A stretch of 64,000 bases of DNA, taken from contig CATNEN010000025.1 of NCBI GenBank assembly GCA_950097015.1, positions 2,790,001 through 2,854,000 of the forward strand, given 5' to 3'. Both the position numbers and the translations under genes were made by a program. The notes beneath the pieces were generated by a model. It was not told the DNA's origin. It saw nothing but the letters and a program-made list of their open reading frames with translations, and did no database searches. Shown here one piece after another: positions 47,080 to 59,155 of this stretch (position 1 is the first letter of the stretch; each line of letters opens with the position of its first letter). Origin of the DNA: Macrostomum hystrix (Eukaryota; Animalia; Platyhelminthes).

Positions 47080-48742
47080 TTATGTTGCACAAACTAAATC
47101 AGCTTGGAAGAGATTTTAAGACCTCCTGAATGTGTACACCCACAAGGACAAAACTTGTTTTCCTTGGAATGAGATTCAAACACCCTTATCTCTTGGTCAG
47201 AACTCAAAAGTTTTAGCTACTCAGTCTAATGTGTGCACTATACATGCAAGCAAGGAATATGAAGGCTCAAGCTGTAATAGTTAATGTACTAATCACAAAA
47301 AACTAATTACAAATACTTCCTATTTAAGGGTCCATTTCATACATGAGCAACCTCCCAAATCTTAGCCGGCTGTGCGACTTAGTTTTTGCTCTCATTTGTG
47401 ACTTAGTTCGTTTCATTGCTCTATTTATGACTTAGTTTGCTCTCAATTGCTCTCTTTTTCTCTCCCCTTTTTCCTTTTCTTCACGCCTTCCTTTTTTGTC
47501 CCTTGGTCCCCCCTTAGATTTTTTTGCGCTTGGTTGATTGGTTTTTGCGACTTACCTTGCTTGGCACTCGTTTCACCTGGCCAGTTTGGCCAGGTGTTGC
47601 GCATGTATGGTCCATTTTGTCCAGACAATTTATATTTTTCTAGATTCTTCATCAATTAACCAAAGAAGCTCATTGTAGTTCAACAAAAAGCTATTTTTAA
47701 CCAAGGAACTAATTTTTAAACTACATTATTTACACCAACAAGCACAAGCTTAGAACATTTAAAATGATAAACTTTTGAAACTCCCTATAATCTAGAGTTT
47801 AAAAAGTATGTGAAAAATGTTTTTGATCAGATGGATAAATATACACTACAGCTTTATGTTCTCTTATATTTTACCATGTCCAGGGTAAGGCTTTACACAT
47901 TACTAGCTGCCATGACTTTTATGAATGTTGACTAATGATATTCTTATTGCAATATATTAGGGATATAGCAATAATGGACTAGGATATTTTATTCTATATG
48001 AGGTTGACAAAGATCATTTTGCACTTAATGTTTTTCTTGCACACTTACCTGTATATTTATGATTACACTTACATTTTGTAGCTTTACCCTCTTAGAGTTC
48101 TTTTCTCTTTACCTGTTCTACACATGTTTTTAGACCTAAAAGTACTGACACATTGCTTATTTATGCAATTGTGTATAAGAGCCAATGAGCTAATGTTGAC
48201 CTAAGAAAGCTGTGCAGGATAGCTGCTAATGTGGAAAAGGTAACAAAATATATGAAACAAATTGATAACAACCACCTTGACTTGTTGCATTTAGTCTTCA
48301 TTAAGAACTCTGTTTAAGTATTAAATCATGGTGAAAATAATTATGGGTTAAATAATTAGAGCTACTAAATTAACAAAATAAATTACATATCTAAGTCAAT
48401 ATCAATAGCATTGCATTTATCTATATAGTTATTTGCTTATATATACATACATAAATCCTTGATAAATGGATTCAATACTATTCATAATTAAATTCATACA
48501 TAAACAATAGTCAACTATCTAAAAATGAATGTTTATATAAACTAGTCAATTAGGAAATTATTTTTAAGCTTCAAGGTAATATGCCCTTTATAAAATAAAA
48601 ACCAAGTGACAAATTGCTACAATAGCTAATACAATAACTATCTACATCATTTACAATATGCCAATGGCATGATGGTTAAAAATGCAAAATTTATGGTTTA
48701 ATAATATTATAGGATAGTAATGAAATAATTAAAATTAAGGCA

Positions 48743-49138
48743 GTTATTTGTCCGGTTAACCGAGGTATAACTTATAACTAAGTTATAAGGGGTTGTACGA
48801 CGAGAACCTCTATCATTTGTAAGATAATATAATTAACAAGCTGCAAAAGGACAGTCATTCAGATTTGAAGTTTGTGTCTCAAATTATTTTTGCTTATCAG
48901 CAAATTAAAAAAATTAAAACCTTTTCCACAAATTCGGTTGTTTCAGGGACTAACTTAGTTCAAGGGTATAGTTTGGTCTTTGTGAGGTCAAGACTCAAGA
49001 TGGCTCTCAGCAGGGCAAGAGTGGTCTTTGGGAGGATTGTTGCTCCTGCTCATTGTAAGGGAGAAATTAAGTCCTTGGGTGGTTAACCAGTTAATGAATA
49101 ATCAAATGGCTATTTGTCCAGTTAACAGGACAAATAAC
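48743..49138. mobile_element. Possible ~400 bp MITE-like element with 18-bp inverted ends
   Basis: GTTATTTGTCCGGTTAAC (48743-48760) vs GTTAACAGGACAAATAAC (49121-49138), 1 mismatch; no TSD established. Confidence 0.3.
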
Positions 49139-50924
49139 AACTACCTAAAAATAAATTGAAAAAAACATTGATATACTTATATAGCTAGACTTTCATAGCA
49201 AGAGCAAACAACAAAGGACTGCTCCTACTAGCCATGAAGTGTCCAGAAAGTATGGGGAACAGGGAACAATAAGTCAAAGAGTGTGTCTCTAGGCCAATGA
49301 CCTCAAAGTCACACCTGCTAGCTTGTCTAGGGCATCTGCATCACTCAGAAACCACTCAGGAAATCTTGCCATTTGCCCTTTGCCTTGCCTCGTTGCCTGC
49401 ACTGTCCCTTCAGCTTGAGCAGTAGCGTATTGTGTAGTGGCTCAGTGCAGCAGGCCTCTTACCTCTCACAATAAGAATTAACCATTCCAATAGCAATAAT
49501 GGCTGAAAAATATATGCATCTTTCAGTATACTTAAGCATTATTTTTAACAATATAATAATTTTATTGCTATATATTTTAGGTGATATATAAGGTAAACAA
49601 TGAAACCTTCATTATTTATATTAAACAATTTAGCATGACAGTAGACAGGCAGCCAAAGTCATCTCTGATGTCATGCATAATTTCATAACATTACCAGAAG
49701 TGACAGTAATAGCAGCACATGTACATAAGTTAGGCCCTAGTTACCAACTTTATCAACGGTGAGTTGATAAATAGATAATAAATAGATCAATAAATAGATA
49801 AACTTTCCACGAAAAAGTCGGTCTGTCAAAAGTACTGTGAAAGCAAGCATGCTAGTCTACACATTTGTCTACCTCGGTCGGTCGCCCCATGTTAAATATT
49901 ATTTAATGTAACATTCACTCTTTCACTCTTTGTAACATTTCTATAGATTTTTACGCACAATTTCAAATAAATTAGCGCGAAAATAAACGAACTGCAGTAA
50001 ACGCAGTATAACAAAAACATAAGTATAAAAGCTGTAGCAGTAAAAATTGTATACTCAAGACAGTTCCAAATGAAAAGAAATTGGTTTGTACTAAATTCAA
50101 ATTGTATTCACAAAATTACTAAATAACAAACTTATCCTAAAAGATACGGAATCATTATTCAATGCAGTAATGAAATTAGTTTGGTGAGGTCATTTGGAAT
50201 GAAATGAAAAGTTATACCTCAGAAGCGAAAAAAAGGAAAAAAAGTCGCTGCACTGAAAATTAATAGATTTATTGTTAGTTTAGGATTTTATTTAGCAAGT
50301 TGGTAGGCAAAGTTTGGCTGCTTGATAGTCGAGCGACAATAATACATGTATATATATTTTTTTATGCACGTGAAGTTTTATAATACGAAACCGTTTCATA
50401 TATAAATTTTATTACTTTTAACTTCTGTAAATATGTATGTATATAATAGTTGAAGCTGAAGCTGAGAATTTCGCTAAAAACTATTAGATTGTTTACAAAG
50501 AAACCAGTGGCACTATATAATATATATATACGGTACCCGTGCTGCTAAGTTAATTGTCGATATGCATATTAATTTTTCGATTTCGTTGTCAGACAGTTTT
50601 TTTCAGTGATATTTTTATTCAAGTACACTTTCGTATACAAAGACATGATAGTTCAGTTGCACTCAATTGCAAGGGATTTGAAAATATAAGTCTTCCTATT
50701 GGTAATGGGTAAAACAGGAATTTGTCTGAGAGCTCCTACAAGTGTATCGAAATTTTCCCACTGAACGGCAAAGGTGCGAAGCAGACGTTTATACAGTGTG
50801 TTTGGTCGCACTCTAAAGGACAGTTTATACTTGTCAATATTAGGTTTCCTGCCTTGTACTGTTATGACAATTGTAATCCACATAATAAAGCACTGATTAT
50901 ATTTTTTAGAAATTTTATTTGGGT

Positions 50925-52300
50925 CGATTCTGTTTGTGGAGACTCTGTGTGAAAATATTCTATCTTGGTCGACTCTGCTTGAGAAGATTCTAGTTTGGTA
51001 GATTCTGCCTGGGAGGATTCTGTTTTGGTCGATTCTGCTTGGGAAGATTCTGTTTGGAGCGATTCTATCTAGGTTGATTCTGTTTCGGGCGGTTCTGCTT
51101 TGAGCAATTATTTTTGGGTCGATTCTGCTTGGGACAACTCTGTTTGGGTCGATTCCGTTTGAGGCGATTCTTTTTGAAGCGATTATATTTTTCTCGACTC
51201 TGCTTGGGTGATTCTGTTTGCAGCGATTCTGTTTGGGTCGATTCTGCTTGGGACGGTTCTATTTCGGTCGATTCTGCTTGGGAAGATTCTGTTTGGAGCG
51301 ATTATATTTTGTCGATTCTGCTTGGGGTGATTCTGTTTGCAGCGATTCTGTTTGGGTCGATTCTGCTTGGGAAGATTCTGTTTCGGTCGATTCTGCTTGG
51401 GAAGATTCTGTTTGGAGCGATTCTATTTGGATCGATTCTGTTTGAGTGATTCTGTTTGCAGCGATTCTGTTTTGGTCGATTCTGCTTGGGACGGTTCTAT
51501 TTCGGTCGATTCTGCTTGGGACGATTCTGTTTGGAGCGATTCTATTTTTGTCGATTCTGCTTTGGGTGATTCTGTTTGCAGCGATTCTGTTTGGGTCGAT
51601 TCTGCTTGGGACGGTTCTATTTCGGTCGATTCTGCTTGAGAAGATTCTGTTTAGAGCGATTATATTTTTGTCGATTCTGCTTGGGGTGATTCTGTTTGCA
51701 GCGATTCTGTTTGGGTCGATTCTGCTTGGAACGGTTCTATTTTGGTCGATTCTGCTTGGGAAGATTCTGTTTGGAGCTATTATATTTTTGTCGATTCTGC
51801 TTTGGGTTGATTCTGTTTGCAGCGATTCTGTTTGGGTCGATTCTGCTTGGGACGGTTCTATTTCGGTCGATTCTGCTTGGGAAGATTCTGTTTGGAGCGA
51901 TTATATTTTTGTCGATTCTGCTTGGGGTGATTCTGTTTGCAGCGATTCTGTTTGGGTCGATTCTGCTTTGGACGGTTCTATTTCGGTCGATTCTGCTTGG
52001 GAAGATTCTGTTTAGAGCGATTATATTTTTGTCGGTTCTGCTTGGGGTGATTCTGTTTGCAGCAATTCTGTTTGGGTCGATTCTGCTTGGGACGGTTCTA
52101 TTTCGGTCGATTCTGCTTGGGACGATTCTGTTTGGAGCGATTCTATTTTTGTCGATTCTGCTTTGGGTGATTCTGTTTGCAGCGATTCTGTTTTGGTCGA
52201 TTCTGCTTGGGACGGTTCTATTTCGGTCGATTCTGCTTGGGACGATTCTGTTTGGAGCGATTCTATTTGGATCGATTCTGTTTGGATCGATTCTGTTTAG
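50925..52300. repeat. Satellite of 15-bp GATTCTG-type monomers organised in ~120-bp higher-order units
   Basis: Eight distinct 15-mers recur in fixed order (same phase at 51901, 52021, 52141). Confidence 0.9.
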
Positions 52301-53400
52301 GACATTTGGGCGACTATTTGTGGGGGGGAATATTTAGGGCGATTCTCATTTCGGCGCTTTCGACATGTTTTAATTTACCTTCCTCTAAAGTGACGTGTAC
52401 GAGTGTAGGAATGTGCCGAACATCTCCGTCGTATGTCGCTATTCCAGACGTCATGCCTAAAATTGAACCAAGCAACGGAAATAATAAAGTCCCGATTCGA
52501 GAAGCGTTTCCGGATCCCGATCGGATAATTCAATCTGAGCTCCTCAGCTTAAATAATTTTCTAAGCCTCAAAGAGGAGCGAAAACCCAGCGCGTAATCCG
52601 GCTATGCGAACCCAAGCTTATCAGCAACACTATTAAAACAATTTTATCATGAATGATAACATGGGCGTGGCTTGATGACCCGTGTTTCTATGAGCAATGA
52701 GCACAGGCAGATTGGTACAGAAAATCGAGAAGTGGAACCGATGTGAGAGACAAGGATATGCGCGATTCGGCATGGGATAAAAATGCTTGTTAGCCTCTCA
52801 TTGGCTGAGTCATAAGCCATCATTCTGTCAGACATTATTTAACTCAGATATCTGTTGCCTGCGTGATAGGGGAGGTCAGGAAGCGATCCTGTGCATCGAA
52901 TACAAGAGGAATAAGATATCATATTGGTTCGCCAGATCTTTTAGAAGCGGGCCGGGCCAAGGAAAACAAGCACCTGATTAGGCGCCGCGTTGGATGGAGG
53001 CACAAGGCTTATAAATAATGTAAGTGCAATTATAGTCCATTGCTCTTTTTTTCATTTTCTTGTATCGTTTTAGTGAGAAAATTTCTGCTGTGTAGACCAT
53101 ATTAGAGTAATGAAAAATAAACTGTCTGGTTGCAGCTCAGACTGACAGACTCAATACTTGCAGTAATACGGACTTGTTGGTCGCGTGTTTCTTTATAGGA
53201 AGCCACAATTATGCTCTTGTTGTGAAATTTCCAGAATTCGCACTGGTTCCCACAAGTTCCTCCGCCGAATTTTGGTCTCTATTATCGTGCGGACTGTGTC
53301 AACTTTTAAATTATTCGTAATTATTACCGTATTTCTTGAGGTTGCACTGTTCGCGATTTCTCAAATCTGTTCGAACAGCTAAAAACAATAGTTTTTCTAT

Positions 53401-53733
53401 GGTTGCAGGAGGGCTGTGCGCAATGGCACATCATTTGGTGACAGTAGACACGCAGCCAGCAAGGAGCCGATTGTGCCCGTTCCGCTGACTCCTGAGCACA
53501 CACAAGAACACTCACACAGGTGTGTACATCTGCCCTGACTTTTTCCTTGTCAGGCAGTGTGCACTCTCACTGTGCCTTGGAGGTTGGCCCTGAAGGGCGT
53601 AAATTGCACGACAAGCCCCCAAGCCTTCTCTCCGCGACTGGCATCACAAATGAATTTGGCCTCACCACGGAATCGAGCTCAGGGACCTTGGTGCGAGAGG
53701 CAAACGCGTTAGACCGCTCTGCCACCGACCCCG
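53401..53733 (-). mobile_element. SINE family 1, full-length tRNA-derived copy
   Basis: Head GGGGTCGGTGGCAGAGCGGTCTAACGCG...GAGCTCGATTCC with A-box and B-box-like motifs, followed by a ~250-bp body found five more times in the window. Confidence 0.85.
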
Positions 53734-54492
53734 CGTAACAAACAGATACAAACGGTCTATTTGTTCTATGTTTTTTCTTTAAAGCGATTTGTTATTTTTT
53801 GTTAAAGCAGGAAATTAAAAGAAAACTCAGAATAAATAGAAATACCAAATTCTATTCAAATTCAGTGGCCAAAGTGGAAAAAATTCTTTTTCATACGGTC
53901 ATGCCTCTAAAAAAGCAAGTGAATTCGGAAGAATAAGTAGCTAAGATAACATTTTCTACTAGCTGGAAAGCATCGAAGAAGATTCATTGTCGTTATTCCA
54001 ATTCGACTGATAAAAATGTAACGAAGAAAAAAGCTTAATTTGATTGAAAAATTGACTGACCCACAGCTAAAAAAAGACTGTTTTTATCAACCGAGGAAAG
54101 ACATTTCGCCACATAACCTAAGGATACCTTAATTATGTTTTGTTCGGGATTGAGTAAAAATAGACTAAAGGAGACAGAATTTTCTGACAGAAGCACCCGT
54201 TGATATTTCTTTTAGCAAATTCCATTGTCTATTCAACGAATGATCCGCTGTATTTTCAGTGTGGCTTAGTCAATAGCTAACAGTGATTGAAAGTGGATTG
54301 GGAAACAATCAATAGGCGTCAATACTTGAAAATTGCCAATACGAAAATTCAAGCCAGATGCAGGTCCAGCTGGAGCCTATAGAGCCACTTCAATTACTTT
54401 AAACTATCACCAGTAGCTGCTAAGATAAATAATTTGGCTCACAAACTCGGGTTAATTAATCTGGCAGGCAAAACGACAATGCCAGCGCCGAA

Positions 54493-57400
54493 ATGCAGCC
54501 CAAGTGCCAGATGTCAAAGCCGGTGCTTCATTCCTTCATCCGAGACTGTCGCTGGTCACTGAACTTCAGCCTGCCGCCGCCGCCTCCGCTGATGTCGCAC
54601 CAGATCTCGCTCTACCTCAGCCTAGCCGTTGGTGGGTTCAACGTTCTTGGCATCGGCATCGCTGTGGCCGTTTATGCCACCCTAGTACGTCGCCGATGCT
54701 ATCCAACCTACAGCTTGATGCTGCTGCTGCTGTGCGCTCTGGATCTGTTGCACCAGGTGAGAGTCTGAGCTGCTGTGTGCTCTGGATCTGTCGCACCAGG
54801 TGAGAGTCTGAGCTGCTGTGTGCTCTGGATCTGTTGCACCAGGTGAGAGTCTGAGCTGCTGTGTGCTCTGGATCTGTTGCACCAGGTGAGAGTCTGAGCT
54901 GCTGTGCGCTCTGGATCTGTCGCACCAGGTGAGAGTCTGAGCTGCTGTGTGCTCTAGATCTGTCGCACCAGGTGAGAGTCTGAGCTGCTGTGTGCTCTGG
55001 ATCTGTCGCACCAGGTGAGAGTCTGAGCTGCTGTGTGCTCTGGATCTGTTGCACCAGGTGAGAGTCTGAGCTGCTGTGCGCTCTGGATCTGTCGCACCAG
55101 GTGAGAGTCTGAGCTGCTGTGTGCTCTGGATCTGTTGCACCAGGTGAGAGTCTGAGCTGCTGTGTGCTCTGGATCTGTTGCACCAGGTGAGAGTCTGAGC
55201 TGCTGTGTGCTCTGGATCTGTTGCACCAGGTGAGAGTCTGAGCTGCTGTGCGCTCTGGATCTGTCGCACCAGGTGAGAGTCTGAGCTGCTGTGCGCTCTG
55301 GATCTGTTGCACCAGGTGAGAGTCTGAGCTGCTGTGAGCTCTGGATCTGTTGCACCAGGTGAGAGTCTGAGCTGCTGTGAGCTCTGGATCTGTTGCACCA
55401 GGTGAGAGTCTGAGCTGCTGTGAGCTCTGGATCTGTTGCACCAGGTGAGAGTCTGAGCTGCTGTGAGCTCTGGATCTGTTGCACCAGGTGAGAGTCTGAG
55501 CTGCTGTGCGCTCTGGATCTGTTGCACCAGGTGAGAGTCTGAGCTGCTGTGCGCTCTGGATCTGTTGCACCAGGTGAGAGTCTGAGCTGCTGTGCGCTCT
55601 GGATCTGTTGCACCAGGTGAGAGTCTGAGCTGCTGTGCGCTCTGGATCTGCTGCACCAGGTGAGAGTCTGAGCTGCTGTGCGCTCTGGATCTGTTGCACC
55701 AGGTGAGAGTCTGAGCTGCTGTGCGCTCACGCCAATAATACATCATCTAGCGCTTAATGTTTGTGAAAGAGCTTTACGAGCTCACTTTCTCTTCCAATGG
55801 GAAGAGTGAAGTGGAGCCACGGGTCAACAACCTCCGGGCCACATGCAGCCCTCGAACCCCCCCAACCCGACCCCCTGGCCCCTTCCAACACATATCTCGT
55901 CTCCCCGTGTCTCATCTCCCCCGTGTCTCATCTCTCCTACGTCTCATCTCTCTCGTGTCTCATCTCTCCCGTGTCTCATCTCTCCCGTGTCTCATCTCTC
56001 CCGTGTCTCATCTCTCCCGTGTCTCATCCCTCTCGTGTCTCATCCCTCTCGTGTCTCATCTCTCCCGTGTCTCATCTCTCCCGTGTCTCATCTCTCCCGT
56101 GTCTCATCTCTCCCGTGTCTCATCTCTCCCGTGTCTCATCCCTCTCGTGTCTCATCCCTCTCGTGTCTCATCTCTCCCGTGTCTCATCTCTCCCGTGTCT
56201 CATCTCTCCTACGTCTCATCTCTCTCGTGTCTCATCTCTCCCGTGTCTCATCTCTCCCGTGTCTCATCTCTCCCGTGTCTCATCTCTCCCGTGTCTCATC
56301 CCTCTCGTGTCTCATCCCTCTCGTGTCTCATCTCTCCCGTGTCTCATCTCTCCCGTGTCTCATCTCTCCCGTGTCTCATCTCTCCCGTGAATAGAAGCGA
56401 AGACTATAAACATTGAGTAGTGGCTAACATCAAATGAGAAATTATGCAGCATCGGAAGCGAATTAAAATAAATAATTAATTTTATTTAATCTAGCTAGCT
56501 CGTATAAATATATTTTTTAAGCTAGATGCACTTTTTAAAGGCATTCTATCATCGCGCGACCTCTATTCATCTCTGCAGAAATAAACCATTTTATTTTTTT
56601 TCCCGCTTATCCATTTTTCAATAATGCTCAGGTTTATTAAATGCTGAGCAGACGTGAGGGGAGCTCAAAAGGCTCAAATGCGTGCGTGGTTTAAATTAAA
56701 AATTAATTTCTATTTTTTATATATTCTTATCGTCTATGAGGAATGACGTCGTTTCAAGCTTCCTATTTAAAACATTTCCTACTCGTAACGTCTTCTAAAC
56801 TCCTTTATCGATCTGACACTAGATCTTGCCTTCCTCTTGAGCTCGAGCTCAAAATCTTCAGACGGCTAATTTCCTCACAAACAGTTGGCCGTCCCCAAAC
56901 TGTTAAAAATTACACCTTGCAAAGACCTGGACAAGAATTTTCTAAAGAAATTCATAGAATTGCTTTCCTTTCCTAAGTTCCGCTATTGGCAGCCCGATTT
57001 CGCAGACATCGCTAATTAATGGACGAAATTTACAGTAAAGGTGCAGCCCGCGATGCGTGCGCAATCGCAACCGGTTTCCATGGAAACCTGATCAAGATCT
57101 CTCCAAAACAGACAGTAAAAGAGGGTGTCTAATATCTCTTACCAATAGCATGCCGACTGGATTTGAATTTCATCGTGTAACCATGGAGATACGCTCGTAG
57201 TATTAGCAAAAACATATTTGCAGCAAGGCTGTTGGCACAGTAAGTACTTTTTGCCACAGTCGACCCACCCAAGCAATTCTGCCCATTTCACTGACTCCTG
57301 AGTACGCACACATTCTCATTGTCATGCAGTGTATGCTATCTCATGCCTCGGAATGGCCATTGGGGTATATTTCCAAATGGGCCAACCTCCAAGGGACACT

Positions 57401-58201
57401 GAAAGTGTACACTGCATGACAATGAGAAAGTCAGGGCAGATGTACACACCTGTACAGACCGAAATGGGCAGAATTGCCTCCTCGCTGGCTGCGGGTCTAG
57501 TGTCACCAAATGATGTGCCATTGCCCGCAGCCCTCCAACAATTATTTTCTTATTATATATTCCGTGGGTTCTTCTTTCGTTTCCATAGCAACTAGACAAG
57601 AATGTTGACAAAATTTATTAGATCTTTTTGATTATCCTTGAAGGTGACGAGCCTGGCCCAGAAGCTGCTGGAACGTTTCAACCAGCTGGACGAAATCGTC
57701 ACTGGCGATGGTCGCTGGCTTCCGTTGTACAGCCAGACGCCGATCTGGTGGTTCCGGACAGAGTATCGCATGCGCCTCGGCTGCGCCACCGGCGAGCTGC
57801 TGCGCCTGGTCTGCTTCGCCGCCTATCCGTGCCGCAACTACTGGGTGGCCTATATCTGCACCTTCCGCTGCCGGCTCATCTGGCGGCCAACAACGGCGGC
57901 GCCGCAGTCCGCCGGAGCCGCCGATGTCGACAACTCCGTGGACATCAAGCGACAGTTGCGCCTCCTCTGCGGCAGAGCCGGCGGCATGCTGCTGCTGGCC
58001 TGCGGCCTCATGTCGCTGTGGCAGTCGGCAGCCGGTGGTGCCGGCACTGTCTTTCACTGCGCCGGGTCTCTGCTGGAGTTTCAGGAGGCCATTGACAACG
58101 AGAATAGCCGATTGAACAGCTCCGGTGTCTATGTGAGAATGCCTCTGAAATTTATGTTTCGAAATAGTCAGCAACTAACTCAACCATGCCAAGCCGAATG
58201 A
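54493..58201 (+). CDS. Class A (rhodopsin-like, peptide-receptor type) GPCR-like gene; exons 54493-54756 and 57644-58201 (or a donor at 58133)
   Basis: TM1-TM2 pattern GGFNVLGIGIAVAVY..RRRCYPTYSLMLLLLCALDLL; CAG|GTGAGA donor and TTGAAG|GTG acceptor in phase 0; TM3-like YWVAYICTFRCRLIWRP; TM4-like segment. TM5-7 not found. Confidence 0.6.
54726..55728 (+). repeat. 43 bp repeat spanning the GPCR exon-1 donor (31 nt exon + 12 nt intron), 23 full copies
   Basis: Unit GCTGCTGTGCGCTCTGGATCTGTTGCACCAG|GTGAGAGTCTGA; 54726-55714 = 23 x 43 bp. Confidence 0.96.
55890..56390. repeat. 16 bp CT-rich intronic minisatellite (CTCATCTCTCCCGTGT)
   Basis: Direct tandem copies. Confidence 0.94.
57380..57540 (+). 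mobile_element. SINE family 1, 3' fragment
   Basis: GGCCAACCTCCAAGG..AAAGTCAGGGCAGATGTACACACCTG..GTCACCAAATGATGTGCCATTG. Confidence 0.8.
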
Positions 58202-58739
58202 CCGATTTCTATGAAAGTCCATCTTATGGATCAGAATTTTCCGCCCTTTCAAAGCCGTCCGACGTCAGCATCATCGAGATATTCACCGATTCTTGTCGGA
58301 GATCCTGGTGACAAGGACAACTAGAGGTTCTGGTATAAGCATCTATGGCGAATCCATATCTATTCACAAGTATGAAAATTTACAATATAATTAACATAAT
58401 ATATAAAAAATAATAGCCCACCTGGTTGCATGATTAAATTTTGTGGGCAAAAAATGATGCCTATATTGGTGGTTTTTGCCACCAGACACCCCGACGAATA
58501 TCTCGACGATTGAATATCTCGACGATGGCAATGTTTTGTGATTCTGGAAGTTGTCTCATCGGATAAAGCGGAAAATTTTAGCCTTGGATTTTAAAGACGA
58601 TTGGTTGAATATTTTAGGCGATACAGAAAAAAAGAAAAAAATAATATTCATAATAATAATAATAATTATTATTATTATTATAATGTGGCTATCTGAAATA
58701 CCCCGTGGCCTACTACTAATATATAAAAATAATTGAGTG

Positions 58740-58850
58740 GCACAGCCGCAGCTATTGCGTGGCGCATCTAAAGCCCCAGCTATAATGCCAGTACCAATTT
58801 GATAGCTGGGTGAACTGAAGCACTCGGGAATTCAGTGTATCCCTAAGGGA
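58740..58850 (-). mobile_element. SINE family 2 fragment
   Basis: Reverse complement contains CTTCAGTTCACCCAGCTATCAAATTGGTAC. Confidence 0.6.
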
Positions 58851-58919
58851 CACAAATCTTTCGCTAAACCAGGCACTTGCTCATACGTAGCTCGCAGCAG
58901 TCTAAGGCGATTGTCTCAA

Positions 58920-59155
58920 GCATCAAGGTCAAGAGCTCGATTCCGCCGTGAGGCCAATTAGAGAAGGCTTGAGGGCTTGTCGTGCAATTTACGCCCTTGA
59001 GGGCCAACCTCCAAGGCACAGTGAGAGTGTACACTTCCTGAAGATGAGAAATTCAGGGCATATGTACACACCTGTGTGAGTGTGTGCTCAGGATTCAGCG
59101 GGAATGGCAGAATTGCCCCCTAGCTGGCTACGTGTCTGCTGTCACCAAATGACGT
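58920..59155 (+). mobile_element. SINE family 1 copy
   Basis: GAGCTCGATTCC...GGGCTTGTCGTGCAATTTACGCCCTT...CTGTCACCAAATGA. Confidence 0.82.

Noticed and set aside
54638-56416. Long repetitive ORFs on both strands
   Set aside because: Products of the 43-bp and 16-bp arrays; no independent coding evidence.
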